A stretch of 64,000 bases of DNA from Paramecium tetraurelia (lineage: Eukaryota), in assembly GCA_000165425.1 (NCBI GenBank), contig CT868076.1:1-64000 (forward strand). Direction: 5' to 3'. The notes below the pieces were generated by a model, which was not told the origin of the DNA, ran no database searches, and saw nothing but the letters and a program-made list of their open reading frames with translations. A program made the position numbers and the translations under genes. Positions 51,491 through 64,000 of the stretch are shown piece by piece (within the stretch, counting starts at the first letter, position 1; each line of letters opens with the position of its first letter).

Positions 51491-54400
51491 ATGCTTCTAA
51501 CACATAACATATTGTAGATTTTTTATCTAGTCAATAAAATACCTCATTTAATTGACTAAACGGAAAATTGATATTCTGTTATGACGCCAATTCAAAATTT
51601 CCTGTATTTTTTTTGGCCTAAAATTTAGCTATTTATTGTTACCTAAATTAGCCCCGATATTATAAATTCTTACAATATGAGTGATTTATTAATTAATGAA
51701 TAGAAATTATGAATTAAATATATAAGAATAGTAGACAATTATATGAACAACAATATGCATTTAAAAATTTGTTTTAAAATTAGTAATAGATATAACATTG
51801 AAAGTTGTGAAGCAAATTTGTATGGCTGTACCATCATTCATGAGATCCTAAAACATTTTATGGATGAATTATTCTCAACAAAGTTTGTATTAAATGTTAT
51901 TTTTTTATTCACTTTTGAATTAATCAACTCTATTTGCTTTTCTATTGGTATTTGTTGCCTTATATAATACCTTAAATGGAAAATCAATGTCCATATGAAA
52001 GTTATTTTCAATTTTGATGCAAATAGTAATGAGTTGGTAATACTTAAAAATAAAAGATAACGTTGTTTTCATGGAGTAACCTTAGGAAGTTTTCCTCATC
52101 ATTACTTTCAACATTTACTAACAGTTCTCAGAAAAAATTATGTAATAAATAATTTTCTTGGAATTGACCAAAATGACCTTTATGAAGAAGGGCTTGGCTT
52201 TATAAATGAGAAGTATTTTGGTTTTCTTCTGGATATTTTATTAATTTCTTAGAATCTAAATCTTCAAATTAATGCAAAAATGGACTATTATGAAAATCAC
52301 TAGAAGATTAATTGTATATTAAAACTTTCGATAAATTAAAGGAAATAATTTATTTTTTGTTTTTATAAATCGTTTCTTGTCTAATTAATGGCAGATTTTA
52401 GATTTTATTTAGATGAAATTCTATCCTATTTCAAAAGAGCTATCCAAATTATCTCTATAAATTTGGAAATCATAATTAAATGGTTTTTATATATTGAATT
52501 TGAAATGGAAAAAGAGAATATAAAAGCTGAAAATATTGAAATTTTCTGTCATTTCATGGAAAGAGAAAATTTAGATGATAAAGTATTAAACGAAAGGCTA
52601 ATTTTAGAATATTATGTTTTGAGTTATTAATTATGTAGTTATTTAAAGATAAACTAAAATATTATCATCACTAAAGATATTCAAATAATTATATAGATAA
52701 GCTCGTGAGAAAAATATTATATTAAGATTCTCCTGAATCTTTACATCTTGTCTATCCAAATTATTTCTCAAAAAAATTTACAGGTTAATAAATACTTTAG
52801 AATAATTATAAGCCATTTTATAGATGCAGAATCATTATTGATATAAATAATAAAATAAAAACTTAATATATCATTTGACAAAATAAAAAAAACTAAAATA
52901 AAAGCATCCATCATCTTAATAAGAAAAGGTATTTCAAAAATTTGCTGTTAAACCCCTTAAACTCTCACGCTCTCTCTAATGATTATTTTTTAAACCAAAA
53001 TTGAATCCTTACAAGAATAATTATGAGCTGAACTAATGCATTTATTTTGTAATCATAATAAAAGCCTTATCCATTAAAGAAACATCATTTTTAGACAATA
53101 ACATAATTGAATTGTTTTTTAAACGAATTACATCATTTTTATAGCAATTGGTTTTAGTTTTATTCAATTATAATAAGGTTTCCTTTTACTTAAAAAATCG
53201 AACATTCAAGATAGATAAAGAAAAAATTTTTAAAATTCAAAACAAAAAACGGAATTAATTTTTCTAATTTAAAAATGAAAGAACTTAATTATATAATTTA
53301 TTAAAGAATATTTTATTCTAATTTAATTTAAGAAATAATATAATAATCTTCATCTCAGAATATATTAGTTAGATGATTTCTGGCTCGATGACCTAATTGC
53401 TTTTAATAAATTGATTTTAGTATATATATTTTATTAAAAGACTTTCTCAGCCATTAAGATTACAATAGGCTTCACTTCAAGAGACATTAAATTATATAAG
53501 CAAATATCTGGTTATTAAAATTAACATAGGTCCATTTTTAAATTACTATTAACAACTATACTACCATAGATTGTTTATGCTTAAATAATATAATTTTAAG
53601 ATTTTTAGATAGTTATTCTAATCTTTAAATGAAATAACAGAAATTCTTCTAATATATTAAATTTCTTTATTATTCAACTTTAATAGTTGATTTTTATTTT
53701 TATTACTATAATTACAATATATGTTTATAGTACAACTCAGGCTAAATTGATGACTTCTCTATTGATAACTATTTACATCATTTTAAAATTATGTTTCTTC
53801 CTTAAATTAATACCCGCATAGGCAACTAATCATGTATCAACAAGTATTTTCTATTATTCTTTTGACTTATGTAAGATTCAACTGAGTCAACATGAGTTGC
53901 TGTCCTAATATTTATTCCGCCAATTTTTCATATATTTTACATTTGAAAAATGGGAAAATAAAATAAAATGCATCTCCTCAAAAATGTTATAAATATTTAC
54001 TAATTGCATAAAAACTAATTTACCTTGTCCTATTAAGTAAGAAAGTACATCTAATTAAATTCTCAAAGTTAGTTAAGTACATTTTTTATTTAACAAAACT
54101 TTCTTCAATTGTTAAATTATTCAAAAAATATATGGGGAGGGCTTTTGTCTTTACTCTAAGGGAACCTCGCTTTTTGATAATTTTATATTTTAACCAATTC
54201 ATTCATCTAAGAAAATATATAATATTACTTTTATTAAAGCATAAAGAATAGCATTTGTGCAATTTGCAATTCAACAAATGGTTTTTTAAGTAATGGATAG
54301 AAGTTCGAATCATCTAACAAAACTAAAAGAATAAATGAAGGCTAGGATCAGTTGATGACATTATTTATCAAGATTAGAGTAAATGATGAAAGAGGAAGAA

Positions 54401-54796
54401 TGAAGGAATGGGATATTTAGATAATATGAGTTATAAAGAAGGAGAGAATACTTAAAATTAGTATAACGAGAAGTCAAAAGCAATAGTGGATGGTTACTAT
54501 ATATGTTTATTGTATTTTTATCAATCTACCATTGATTAGTTATGAATAATTGATGATAGTGCATCTAGATTGGGTATTACAATTAAGTAACTACGTAACT
54601 GTCAGCTAAGAGTCTACTCATTATGTTGTCTTGACAGCAAGAATGTTCATTAATTTAATTAATGATGAGGGTTGATTTCAATATTTAATTATGCTTAAGG
54701 CTATTGGAAAAATAACTATGTATTCCAATAAGACAAAAATATAACATTCTTGAATTATTCAAAAATAAATAATAAAATTATAATGAATTACTTTTT

Positions 54797-57700
54797 ATGA
54801 ATATTAAAGTATTGATCCTGGCCTTATTGGTTGCTCTTATAACAAGCTAATAGTATAGTATTTCTTAATGTGATTGTTCCTAATTGTTATCAGAAGATGA
54901 TTGCTCAAAAAATGATATGATCAAATGTTAATGGGATAGCACAAAGAAGACATGTAAAAATTAGGATACAACAACTAATCCAGTTATAAACTATGCAAAA
55001 TATTGTGATAATTTTAAAGAAATGGAATGTCCAAAACAAAAACCATGTAGCAATTGTGGATCTTACTCTGCATGTGCTTGGGTCGATGGATAGTGTACAT
55101 TTTTTACAGATTGCACAGTATTTAATAAAACAACAGATTCAGATTGTTAAGCTATTAGTAATAAATGTATTACTGATGGAACTCATTGTGTTGAAATTGA
55201 TACTTGTGATAAATATAAAAAACAATAATCTTGTGTAAAAAACTTATAAGATAATTTATGTTATTGGGATACTAAAAATAATAATTGTGTTGATGCTGAT
55301 ACTTGTGATAAATTACCAATTAAATTTCAAACAGATAAAGAATGTAGACATGAAATACAAAGTTGTACTGCAAAATCAGGAGGTGGATGTATTGATAGTG
55401 GAATTAGTTGTACTGATTAAAATTTAGAAATTTAATGTGTTTGGGATTAATCAATGAAAATGGAATGTTATTGGAATGGAACATAATGTAAAGATAGAAT
55501 ATGTGATAATGCACCTACTACTTTAAATACTGATGATTCTTGTAAATTATTCAAAACTGATGGATCATGTACAACAAAACAAAATGGTGGATGTATCACT
55601 AGAACTACTTGTTAAGCTGCTACAATATAAGCTGCATGTATTAAAAATAGTACAAATGAAGATTGTTATTGGACTGGAACTGCATGTGTGGATAAAATAT
55701 GCTCAAATGCACCAACTACATTAACAACTAATTCAGCTTGTGTAGCATTTTCAAAAGCATGCATAACAAAGTAAGGAGGAGGTTGTGTACTTAATGGAGA
55801 TTGCTCAACTGCCAATATTTCAACTGCATGTGTTAAAAATCATCAATAAATTTTGATTGTATTTGGGAATTCAACTTGCAAAGAAAAAACATGTATAAAT
55901 GCTCCAAAATCTAATACTACTCATGATTAATGTACTTCTTATTTATCTTCTTGTACTGTGTAATCAGGAGGGGGATGTCAATAGAGAACATGTGACAATG
56001 CTCCTACAACATTGAATACAAATGATGCATGTGAAAAATATTTACCTGCAAATAAATGTATAACCAAAAATGGAGGTGGATGTACAATAAACACCACTTG
56101 TTCACTCATCTCAATAGAAGTTGCTTGTATCAAAAATTCATTTGGCTAACCTTGTTTTTGGCATGCTGCAAGTGGAAGTTGCAAAGACAAAATTTGTGCA
56201 AATGCTCCATCTAGTAATAATAATCACGAACTTTGTTAATCTTTTTTGAATACATGTACTGTGAATTCTACAAATACAGGATGTGTTGAAAAAACATGTG
56301 AGAATTCATTAACTTTATCAACTTGTGATAAAGATTTAAACAACAATATATGCATCTGGAAAGCAAGGTGTTATATGAAATCATGCGCAATGGCTTCAAA
56401 TTCAATAACATCTCATTCTGAATGTCAAACTTATTATTCAAGTTGTACATTAAGCAACACTGGAAAAGGATGTGTAACAATACCTCTGAAATGTGAAGCA
56501 ATTACAATAGAAGCTGCTTGCAAAATAAAAGCTAATAAATAATCTTGTGGTTGGACAGGATCTTAATGTCTTGATAAAGCTTGCAATACAGCTCCTAAAA
56601 CTATTTAAACAACTTCAGACTGTCAAACTTACTTATCATCTTGTGTGGCTAATAATCCAGTTACAGTAAATGGAACCTCAACTATTTAAGGATGCCAAGA
56701 TTTACCTAAGACTTGCGATGCTAGAAAATCATCTGAAAATTGTAATATCACAAGAGCAGCATTTCCCACCTGTTTTTGGGATTCTTCATCTAACAAATGC
56801 GTTGAAAAATCTTGTACAACTGCAAATTTATCAGGTTCACCAGGAGCACTTTCAAAAGGGTAATTCACATTTGATAATTGTTAAAGTTACATGAGCACAT
56901 GCACAACTACTAATGCTCAAGGTAGTTGTACTTAAACATCATATCCTTGCATTTCAAATAATAGTTAAGATGGATGTATGGTTAAGCCCACAAGTTGTTC
57001 ATAGTTAGTTTAGTAAAATTGTAAAGATGGATCTAAATCTAATGGTGATTGTTATTGGAATGGATCTAATTGTGTTGAAAAGATATGTTCTAATATTGTA
57101 TCAACAACACATAACGATTGCTATAATATATTCAATTAATGTACCGTCAATGATGATGGCACAGCATGTATACCATTAGCTTCTGCTTGCACTTCATATA
57201 AAATTTAAGAGAATTGTAAAATAGCATCTACATAAAAGAATTGTTATTGGACAGGAACAGTTTGTAGAAATGCAATTTGCGATGACACTCCAGATTCTGA
57301 TCTATTTGATTCAGATGAAGAATGTCTTAATATCAAACTCAGAATGAAACATGTACAATAATTGCAAAAAGTGGGAGCTTAAGGGTGTGTACAAAAATAA
57401 CCGGTTTGTTCAAATTACAAGACTTCCAGTTAATGTCACAAGACTTTATCAAATTTAAATGCTTAAGATGATTGTAAATGGATTAATGGAATATGTTATT
57501 CATTATCAACTTTTGCAACAGGACCTTGCTCTACATTTAAAGGAACACAAGATATATGCAAAGCTTATAGATAGGGATGTACAAATGTAGCTAATGCTAG
57601 TACTTCAACTGCATGTACTTTGGATTGTACTTTAAAAATTGGAAGTGGATTGACATTCTAAGATTGCTAAAATGTGGATCCAACTTGTTCGGTTAAAAAG

Positions 57701-60700
57701 GATGGTAGTGGTTGTATTGTAATTTAATCTACTTGTACAGGATATGGGACAACAGCTGCAAATTGTTATAAATCAAATTAAACTGGATCACAATCAAATT
57801 GTGTCATGAATAAAGCCACACCACCAAGTTGTTAATCAGTGAGTTCAGCATCTGATTGTGCACTTATAAGTGGATCAGGACTTGATCATGCCAAATGCTA
57901 AGCATTTAATATTGCTTGTACATCTTTAGGTAACGGAAGTGGGTGTTAAGAGTTTAAAGCAAATTGCACTTCTTATACTGGTAATACTGATAATTGCACA
58001 GTCTCTTAATAAGGACTATGCTTTTTAAGTGGTTTTGATTGTATTCGTTTTTATAATTGCTTTTCAATTACTGGAACAAACCTTACTCATGAAATATGTA
58101 TTGGCTATAGCACTGATTGCACAGTAAATAAATAAAAAACAGCATGTTAAGATATGAAAGCCACATGTGATTTATACCCATCCCAAGAATAATGCACAAT
58201 ATCTGCAGCTGAGTAAAAGGCAAGTTAATGTGCTTGGAGTGGAACAGCATGTCTTGCTGTTACAGTAGCTGCTACTCATTGTTCATACATAACTGGAACT
58301 TACTTGACCGATTCATTTTGTGCTACTTATAATGATAATTGCATAGTAAATTATAGAAAGAACGCTTGTTAGGAGAAAAAAGCTACATGTGATTTATACC
58401 CATCTCATGATTAATGTACAATATCTGCAGCTGAATCCAAAGAAAGTTAATGTATTTGGAGTGGAACAGCTTGCCTTGCAGTTACAGTAGTTGCTACTCA
58501 TTGTTCCTTAGTAACTGGAACAAATCTGACCGATTCATTTTGTGCTACCTACAATGATAATTGCACTGTAAATTACGAAAAGACTGCTTGTTAGGAGAAA
58601 AAAGCTTAATGTGGTTTATATTTAACTAAAAGCTCATGTACTCTATCATAGGCAGCTGATACAGCAGGAAAATGTATATGGAATAATGAAAGGTGTCGTA
58701 TTATGACATCACTTGCTACAATTGGTAAATCTGTTATAGGGGAAAAAATGAAAAATGCAAGATGTATAGAGATCAATCCAGCTTTGGCAGTTACAGTGTA
58801 TGGAGATGAATGCTTTGTAAAATAAACTTCATGTAGTATGTACACAATAGAAAAGTATTGTTCACATTCCTCAGCATCAGGTGCAGCAGCTAATTGTATT
58901 TGGGATGGTTCACATTGTTAAGCATTTACATCTAATTCTCTGTGCAAATATATTTAATTATGGGGTATGGTAGTAGATGAGACTTATTGTCCTTCAGTTA
59001 ATTCATAATGTATAGCAAATCTAGCCTTAGACGGCTGTTATGGAAAGAAGGCTAATTGTTCAGATTATGATACAAAAATTGAATGCTCATAATCTTTTGC
59101 TCCTGGAACAGCAGGATTTTGTATATGGACAGGTTCAATTTGCACTTATGTGAAAGACCCTTCGGTTGATTGTGCTAAAATTAACACCTCTATTAATACG
59201 ACAGAGATACTTTGTGCTAGCTATCATGCTTTTTGTATTCCTTACTTAGGTGAAAAGGGATGTCAATAGATTCAATCAAATTGTTCCTCATACATGAATA
59301 TTAAAAACTGTTATAAATCTTTGAATGACGGTTATTGTGCTTGGGTAAATAACAATTGTATACATATAACAAGTCCGAGTCAATGTGCTTCAGCTTCTGG
59401 TTCTAATTTGACTAGTACTTATTGCAATGGATTACATAAAGATTGCTGGGTGAATGCAGCAAAAGATAGTTGCTATTAGATGAAACAAACTTGTGCAGAA
59501 TACGATAGGGGATAATCAATTTGTATTAGATCATTAATCGATGGAAATGCTGGACTCTGTGCTTGGAACTCTGTTTCTGGGTGTTATTAAACAACATCTG
59601 CCAGTTAATGCGATACCTAGGATTTTGACGGTGTAAACCCCTCTTCTGGAACAACAGATGCCTATTGCGCTAATTTTAATGCTGGCTGCATTGCAAAATT
59701 AAACAAATTTGGTTGTTAAAAATTATTAACAAGTTGTTCAGACTACACATAAGATACATGTAATTATGCTAGAAATTCAGGAGCTAAAGATAGATGTATT
59801 TGGATGGATTCAAAATGCAGTAAGTTAACAGTTCCTGCTACTGAATGTTATAATATTGATAGTCCAACAGATAATTAACCGTTTAGCGATAATTATTGTG
59901 CATCTTATCATAGTGGTTGCACAGTCGGAAACGAATTTAATATCTGTCTAGAAAGAAAAGCAGTTTGTGAAGATTATACAACACAATTTTTTTGCTTTTA
60001 TTCAGCTGCCTCACCTCCTTTCAATGTATGTCTTTATATAAATTCTATTTGTGTTACTGCAAGAGATTTGTTAACTGATTGTGCTGCCATTACTGCATCT
60101 TCAGGTTTAACTGATTCCGATTGCTCTGGGTATAGCTCTACCTGCATATCAAATAAAGCTGGGACTGCTTGTTAAGATAAAAAAGACTAATGTTCTGATT
60201 ACCAAAATTAGGATTAATGTACTGTTTCCTCGAGTTCTAAATGCATTTGGAAATCTAGTTGTATTTCTGTTAGTGATGCAACTACTGACTGTGCATATGT
60301 AGTTGGTACAGATTTAACTCATGATATTTGTGCGTCTTATAACAATGGATGCACAGTAAATAAAACAGGAACCTCTTGTTAAGAGATGAAAAATACTTGT
60401 GCAGATTATACAAAAAGTGAAAATTGCACTAGGTTCCAAAATTTTGGGTCGGCAAGTTACTGTTTATGGCATTCTTCATGCATCTCTGTCACTAATCTTA
60501 CAACGGATTGTGCTTACATAACTGGTATAAATCTGACCAAAGATATATGTGCTTTATATCATAATAATTGCACAGTTAACTACTCAGGAACTGCTTGTTA
60601 GGAAAAGTAATCCAGTTGTTCAGATTATACTTTGAAAGAAAATTGTTTAGCAGGTAATTGCATATGGGATGAAGCATTAAAATGCATTTCTATATCAGAT

Positions 60701-63700
60701 CCTTCTACTTAATGCAGCTTAGTGAATGGAAAGACAGGACTCAACCTTGACATGTGTAAATAATGTCATAGTAAATGTATTAATCTAAAGGATGGTACTG
60801 CATGTTAACACGTCTAGACCGATTGTACCAAATATAAAACTTAGAATTCATGTGTTTCATTGGCTAATGGTATTTCCTGTTTATGGTATGAAGATTCCTG
60901 CTACCAAATAGCATATACTTCTTGTAGTTCCATCATTTAGACTAATCTAAATCATAATATATGTTATTCATATAACAAAGGCTGCACTTCAGTAAGTGGA
61001 TGGCACTTCATGCTAAGGTTATATGTCAACATGCGAATAGTATTCAGGAACGACTTAATCTTGTACTTAATCTGTAAATGGAAAATGCTACCTCTATAAT
61101 TCAAACAAATGTATTACTATTTTAAATACTTCTACCGATTGTGCTAAGATTACAGGTGTATCATTAACTTATGAAATTTGTTAATCATATAATTTGGGAT
61201 GTAGTGTTAATAGAGCTAAGACTGCTTGTGTTTAAAAAGCAGCATAATGTTCTGGATATTCAATTGCTATGGCTGGTTGCTATCAAGCAGGAGAAGGATT
61301 ATGTTTTGCATCTACTAGTAATGATTCAGCATGTGTGCCTGCTTCAAGTGCATCTACCTGTGAAAAAGTATTTTTAGGAACAGGCAATTATACTCATGAT
61401 AATTGTAGTGCAATCAAAACTGGATGTACTGTAAATGGAAGTACAGCATGTATGGCTAGAACTTGTGCAAATGCCACAGGTTTTACATTTAATCATGATA
61501 ATTGTTATTCTTGGTTGAAAACTTGTACAGTAAATTAGACTAATAATGGTTGCACTATCATGACTGCCAAATGTTCAGATTAATCATCTACTTAATGTCT
61601 AAATGCAATAGAGGGAGTGTGTTTAGTGTTTAATTCTATTTGTATTAGAAAAGGATGTGATACAGCTCCATCAGATGCTTCTCATGATGATGATACAGAA
61701 TGTTCTAATTATTCATAGGCTTGTACAGTTGCAAGAGCAGGTGGATGTCAAGTAAGAACTGCTTGTTCATTATATAAATCATCTCTATAATGTAAATTAG
61801 ATATGAATGATAAAAAATGTTTCTGGAATCCATCTGTTAAGACATGTGTTGATTTGGCTTGTGCAAATATAGAAGTTTCAAATTTATATAATACTCATGC
61901 TAAATGCTTTGCAGTTGATTCAAATCTAGGTTGTACAGTAAGAGCACTTAATAAAGTAGTTGCTCCTGGTTGCATGGCAAGAGGACCATGTAGTTCATAT
62001 ACTATTAAAGATTAATGCATAACTAATGCCATTGGAATAGATATGTGCTTGGAATACAAATAGTAGTTTACCTGAACCTGCTTGCTAGGACAAGTCATGT
62101 ACAACTGCTCCTAGTTCCACATTAACTCACAATGATTGGCTTCAATTATTATAATACACCAAGTAATCAAAATGTACAGTACATGCTATTCCAGATGCTA
62201 ATGGTGGATAACCAATTTTAAGAGGATGTTAATAAACTGGCTGGCTTGTTCAACTTATATTGATAGTGAGTAATGCAAAATAAATGATGTTGGAGATCCT
62301 TGTGGATGGAATGGAAAAGAATGTAATGATAAATCTTGTTCCACTGCTCCTGCAACATCAGAATATGATGATGATACAAAATGTAAAGCCTATTTCAACA
62401 ATAAATGTACAGTTTCATCAGATGGATAAGGATGTATAGATATTCCAGAGAGTTGTGAGTTAATGAATTAGAAACAATGTTATTACAATAGAACTGCACA
62501 ACCCTGTTATGTTATTGGACTGGAACAGAGTGTATAACTAAATCTTGTGAAAATGCTCCAATAGAAACAGCAACAGCTGAATAATGTAATAACTATTTAT
62601 ATGGATGTACAAAAGATATTATAAAATGCAAAATTAAAATCTGTGAAGATTATATTTTAACAACAGATGAACAATGTAGTTATGCGTTATCTACATGTAC
62701 AACAAATGGTATTAATTGTGTAACAAGAGGAACATGTGTTTAAGCTTAAAACAAAGCTGGATGTGTTGTATCTTCTACTGGATAATCTTGTGAATGGATA
62801 CCAGATGTCGTAGATTCTCAAAATGTTGTAACTACTGCAGCATATTGTACAATTAAAACTTGTAATACTGCCCCAATTAGTTTATAAACAGATGTAGATT
62901 GTGCAAAGTATTTTACAAATTGTACAACTAAAAGTGGAGGAGGTTGTGTTGCTAAATCAAGTTGTTCTGCTGCTTCTGTAAATGCTGCTTGTATAACTGC
63001 ATTAAATGGTACAATATGTGCATGGGATTATACATTAAATAAGTGTAGAGATAAAGACTGTTAAGATTTTATAGGAACAACTCACACCATTTGTTAAACT
63101 TAAAGATAAGGATGTACTGCTGGACCAAATGGTAGATGTGCTAGAGTTTAAAGTTGTGAATTAACTACTATTAGAGAAGCTTGTATTGAAGGCACAAATG
63201 GGCCTTGTTTATGGATTGAGAAGTTTGTCAATAATGATGGGTCAAAAGGAGCTTGTTTTGCATATACATCATGCAAGAGTTTAGCTTGGAATAGTGATGA
63301 ATCTTGTAAATTAATAAGTAATAAATGTACAACTAATGGAACTAATTGTATTGGAATTACTACATGTACTGAGACAAATATTGATGGTGGATGTGTTACA
63401 GGGTATGATGGATCTTGCATTTAATCTGTTCCTGCTTTGAATTCATCTGATCCTAAGATTTGTAAACCATTTAAATCATGTGCAGATGCCTTTTATGCAA
63501 CTCATAAAGATTGTTAAATTGCTAATAAAAAATGTACAACAGATGGAACTACGGGTTGCATTCCTTTAGGTGCATGTTCAACATACAAATCTTAACCAGG
63601 ATGTTAGATAAATGATAAAGGATCTGTAGTTGAATCTGGTGTTATAACTTCAACAGGTGTTTGTACATGGGATTTGAGTACAAGTTCATGTAGAGATTAA

Positions 63701-64000
63701 ATTTGCACTGATTTGAATGGTGTTACTCATGGAATTTGTAATTCTTAATTATCAACATGTACTTCAAATGGTACTAAATGTTTACTTAAAACAAATTGTT
63801 CTAGTTATTCAACCTAAATTATTTGTTCAACAGCTGTTGGAAATGATGGACTTTGCTTTTGGGAGGTTGGTTCTGCTTCAAATAATAATACAGCCAAATG
63901 TAGATTACTTTCTTGTGCTGATATTCAAAATGGAACATCTATTAGTGTTTGTTAAGCTGCTTTACCATCTTGCATTTCAAATGGAACTATTTGTATCCCA
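54797..64000 (+). CDS. Variable surface antigen, 51A/51B/156G-like, copy 4 (3' end beyond window); one extra Cys period
   Basis: Starts MNIKVLILALLVALITSQQYSISQCDC and is colinear with copies 1-3 to the window end. Confidence 0.92.
58160..58603 (+). repeat. In-frame 222-bp tandem duplication (2 x 74 aa) inside antigen copy 4
   Basis: gccacatgtgatttatacccatc...gcttgttaggagaaaaaa (58160-58381) is repeated as gctacatgtgatttatacccatc...gcttgttaggagaaaaaa (58382-58603). The unit is single in copies 1-3. Confidence 0.9.

Larger units (their letters stand above)
51830..64000 (+). repeat. Tandem segmental duplication unit C (contains antigen copy 4; runs off window)
   Basis: Upstream flank is homologous to units A and B. 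Confidence 0.85.

Noticed and set aside
52388..52630. Listed 80-aa ORF on +
   Set aside because: It lies in the decayed duplicated flank and is partly deleted in the other two units. Any coding signal appears to be on the opposite strand.

Overview
AT-rich ciliate DNA, almost certainly Paramecium macronuclear sequence. It starts with a C/A telomeric tract, uses TAA/TAG as Gln with TGA as the only stop (so the supplied standard-code ORF track is badly fragmented), and has tiny 23-30 nt GTA..TAG introns. Four ~9.5-kb intronless paralogues of the Cys-rich 51A/51B/156G-type variable surface antigen dominate the window. One points toward the telomere (1113-10677, -) and three are head-to-tail on + (23773-33271, 41156-50650, 54797->64000), each of those three inside a ~13-kb duplicated unit. 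Between the inverted copy and the tandem array lie a ~2000-aa secreted multi-repeat protein with a (Gly-X-Y)19 segment, UFD1 and a C3HC4 RING gene. A ~4.6-kb unique block between copies 2 and 3 holds a heavily decayed LINE-like retrotransposon with recognisable APE endonuclease and RT motifs. The antigen paralogues look mosaic, suggesting segmental conversion. They differ in Cys-period number and share a promoter motif whose copy number varies. Many +1 indels interrupt the long ORFs and are probably long-read consensus errors. All translations were done by hand with the ciliate code.
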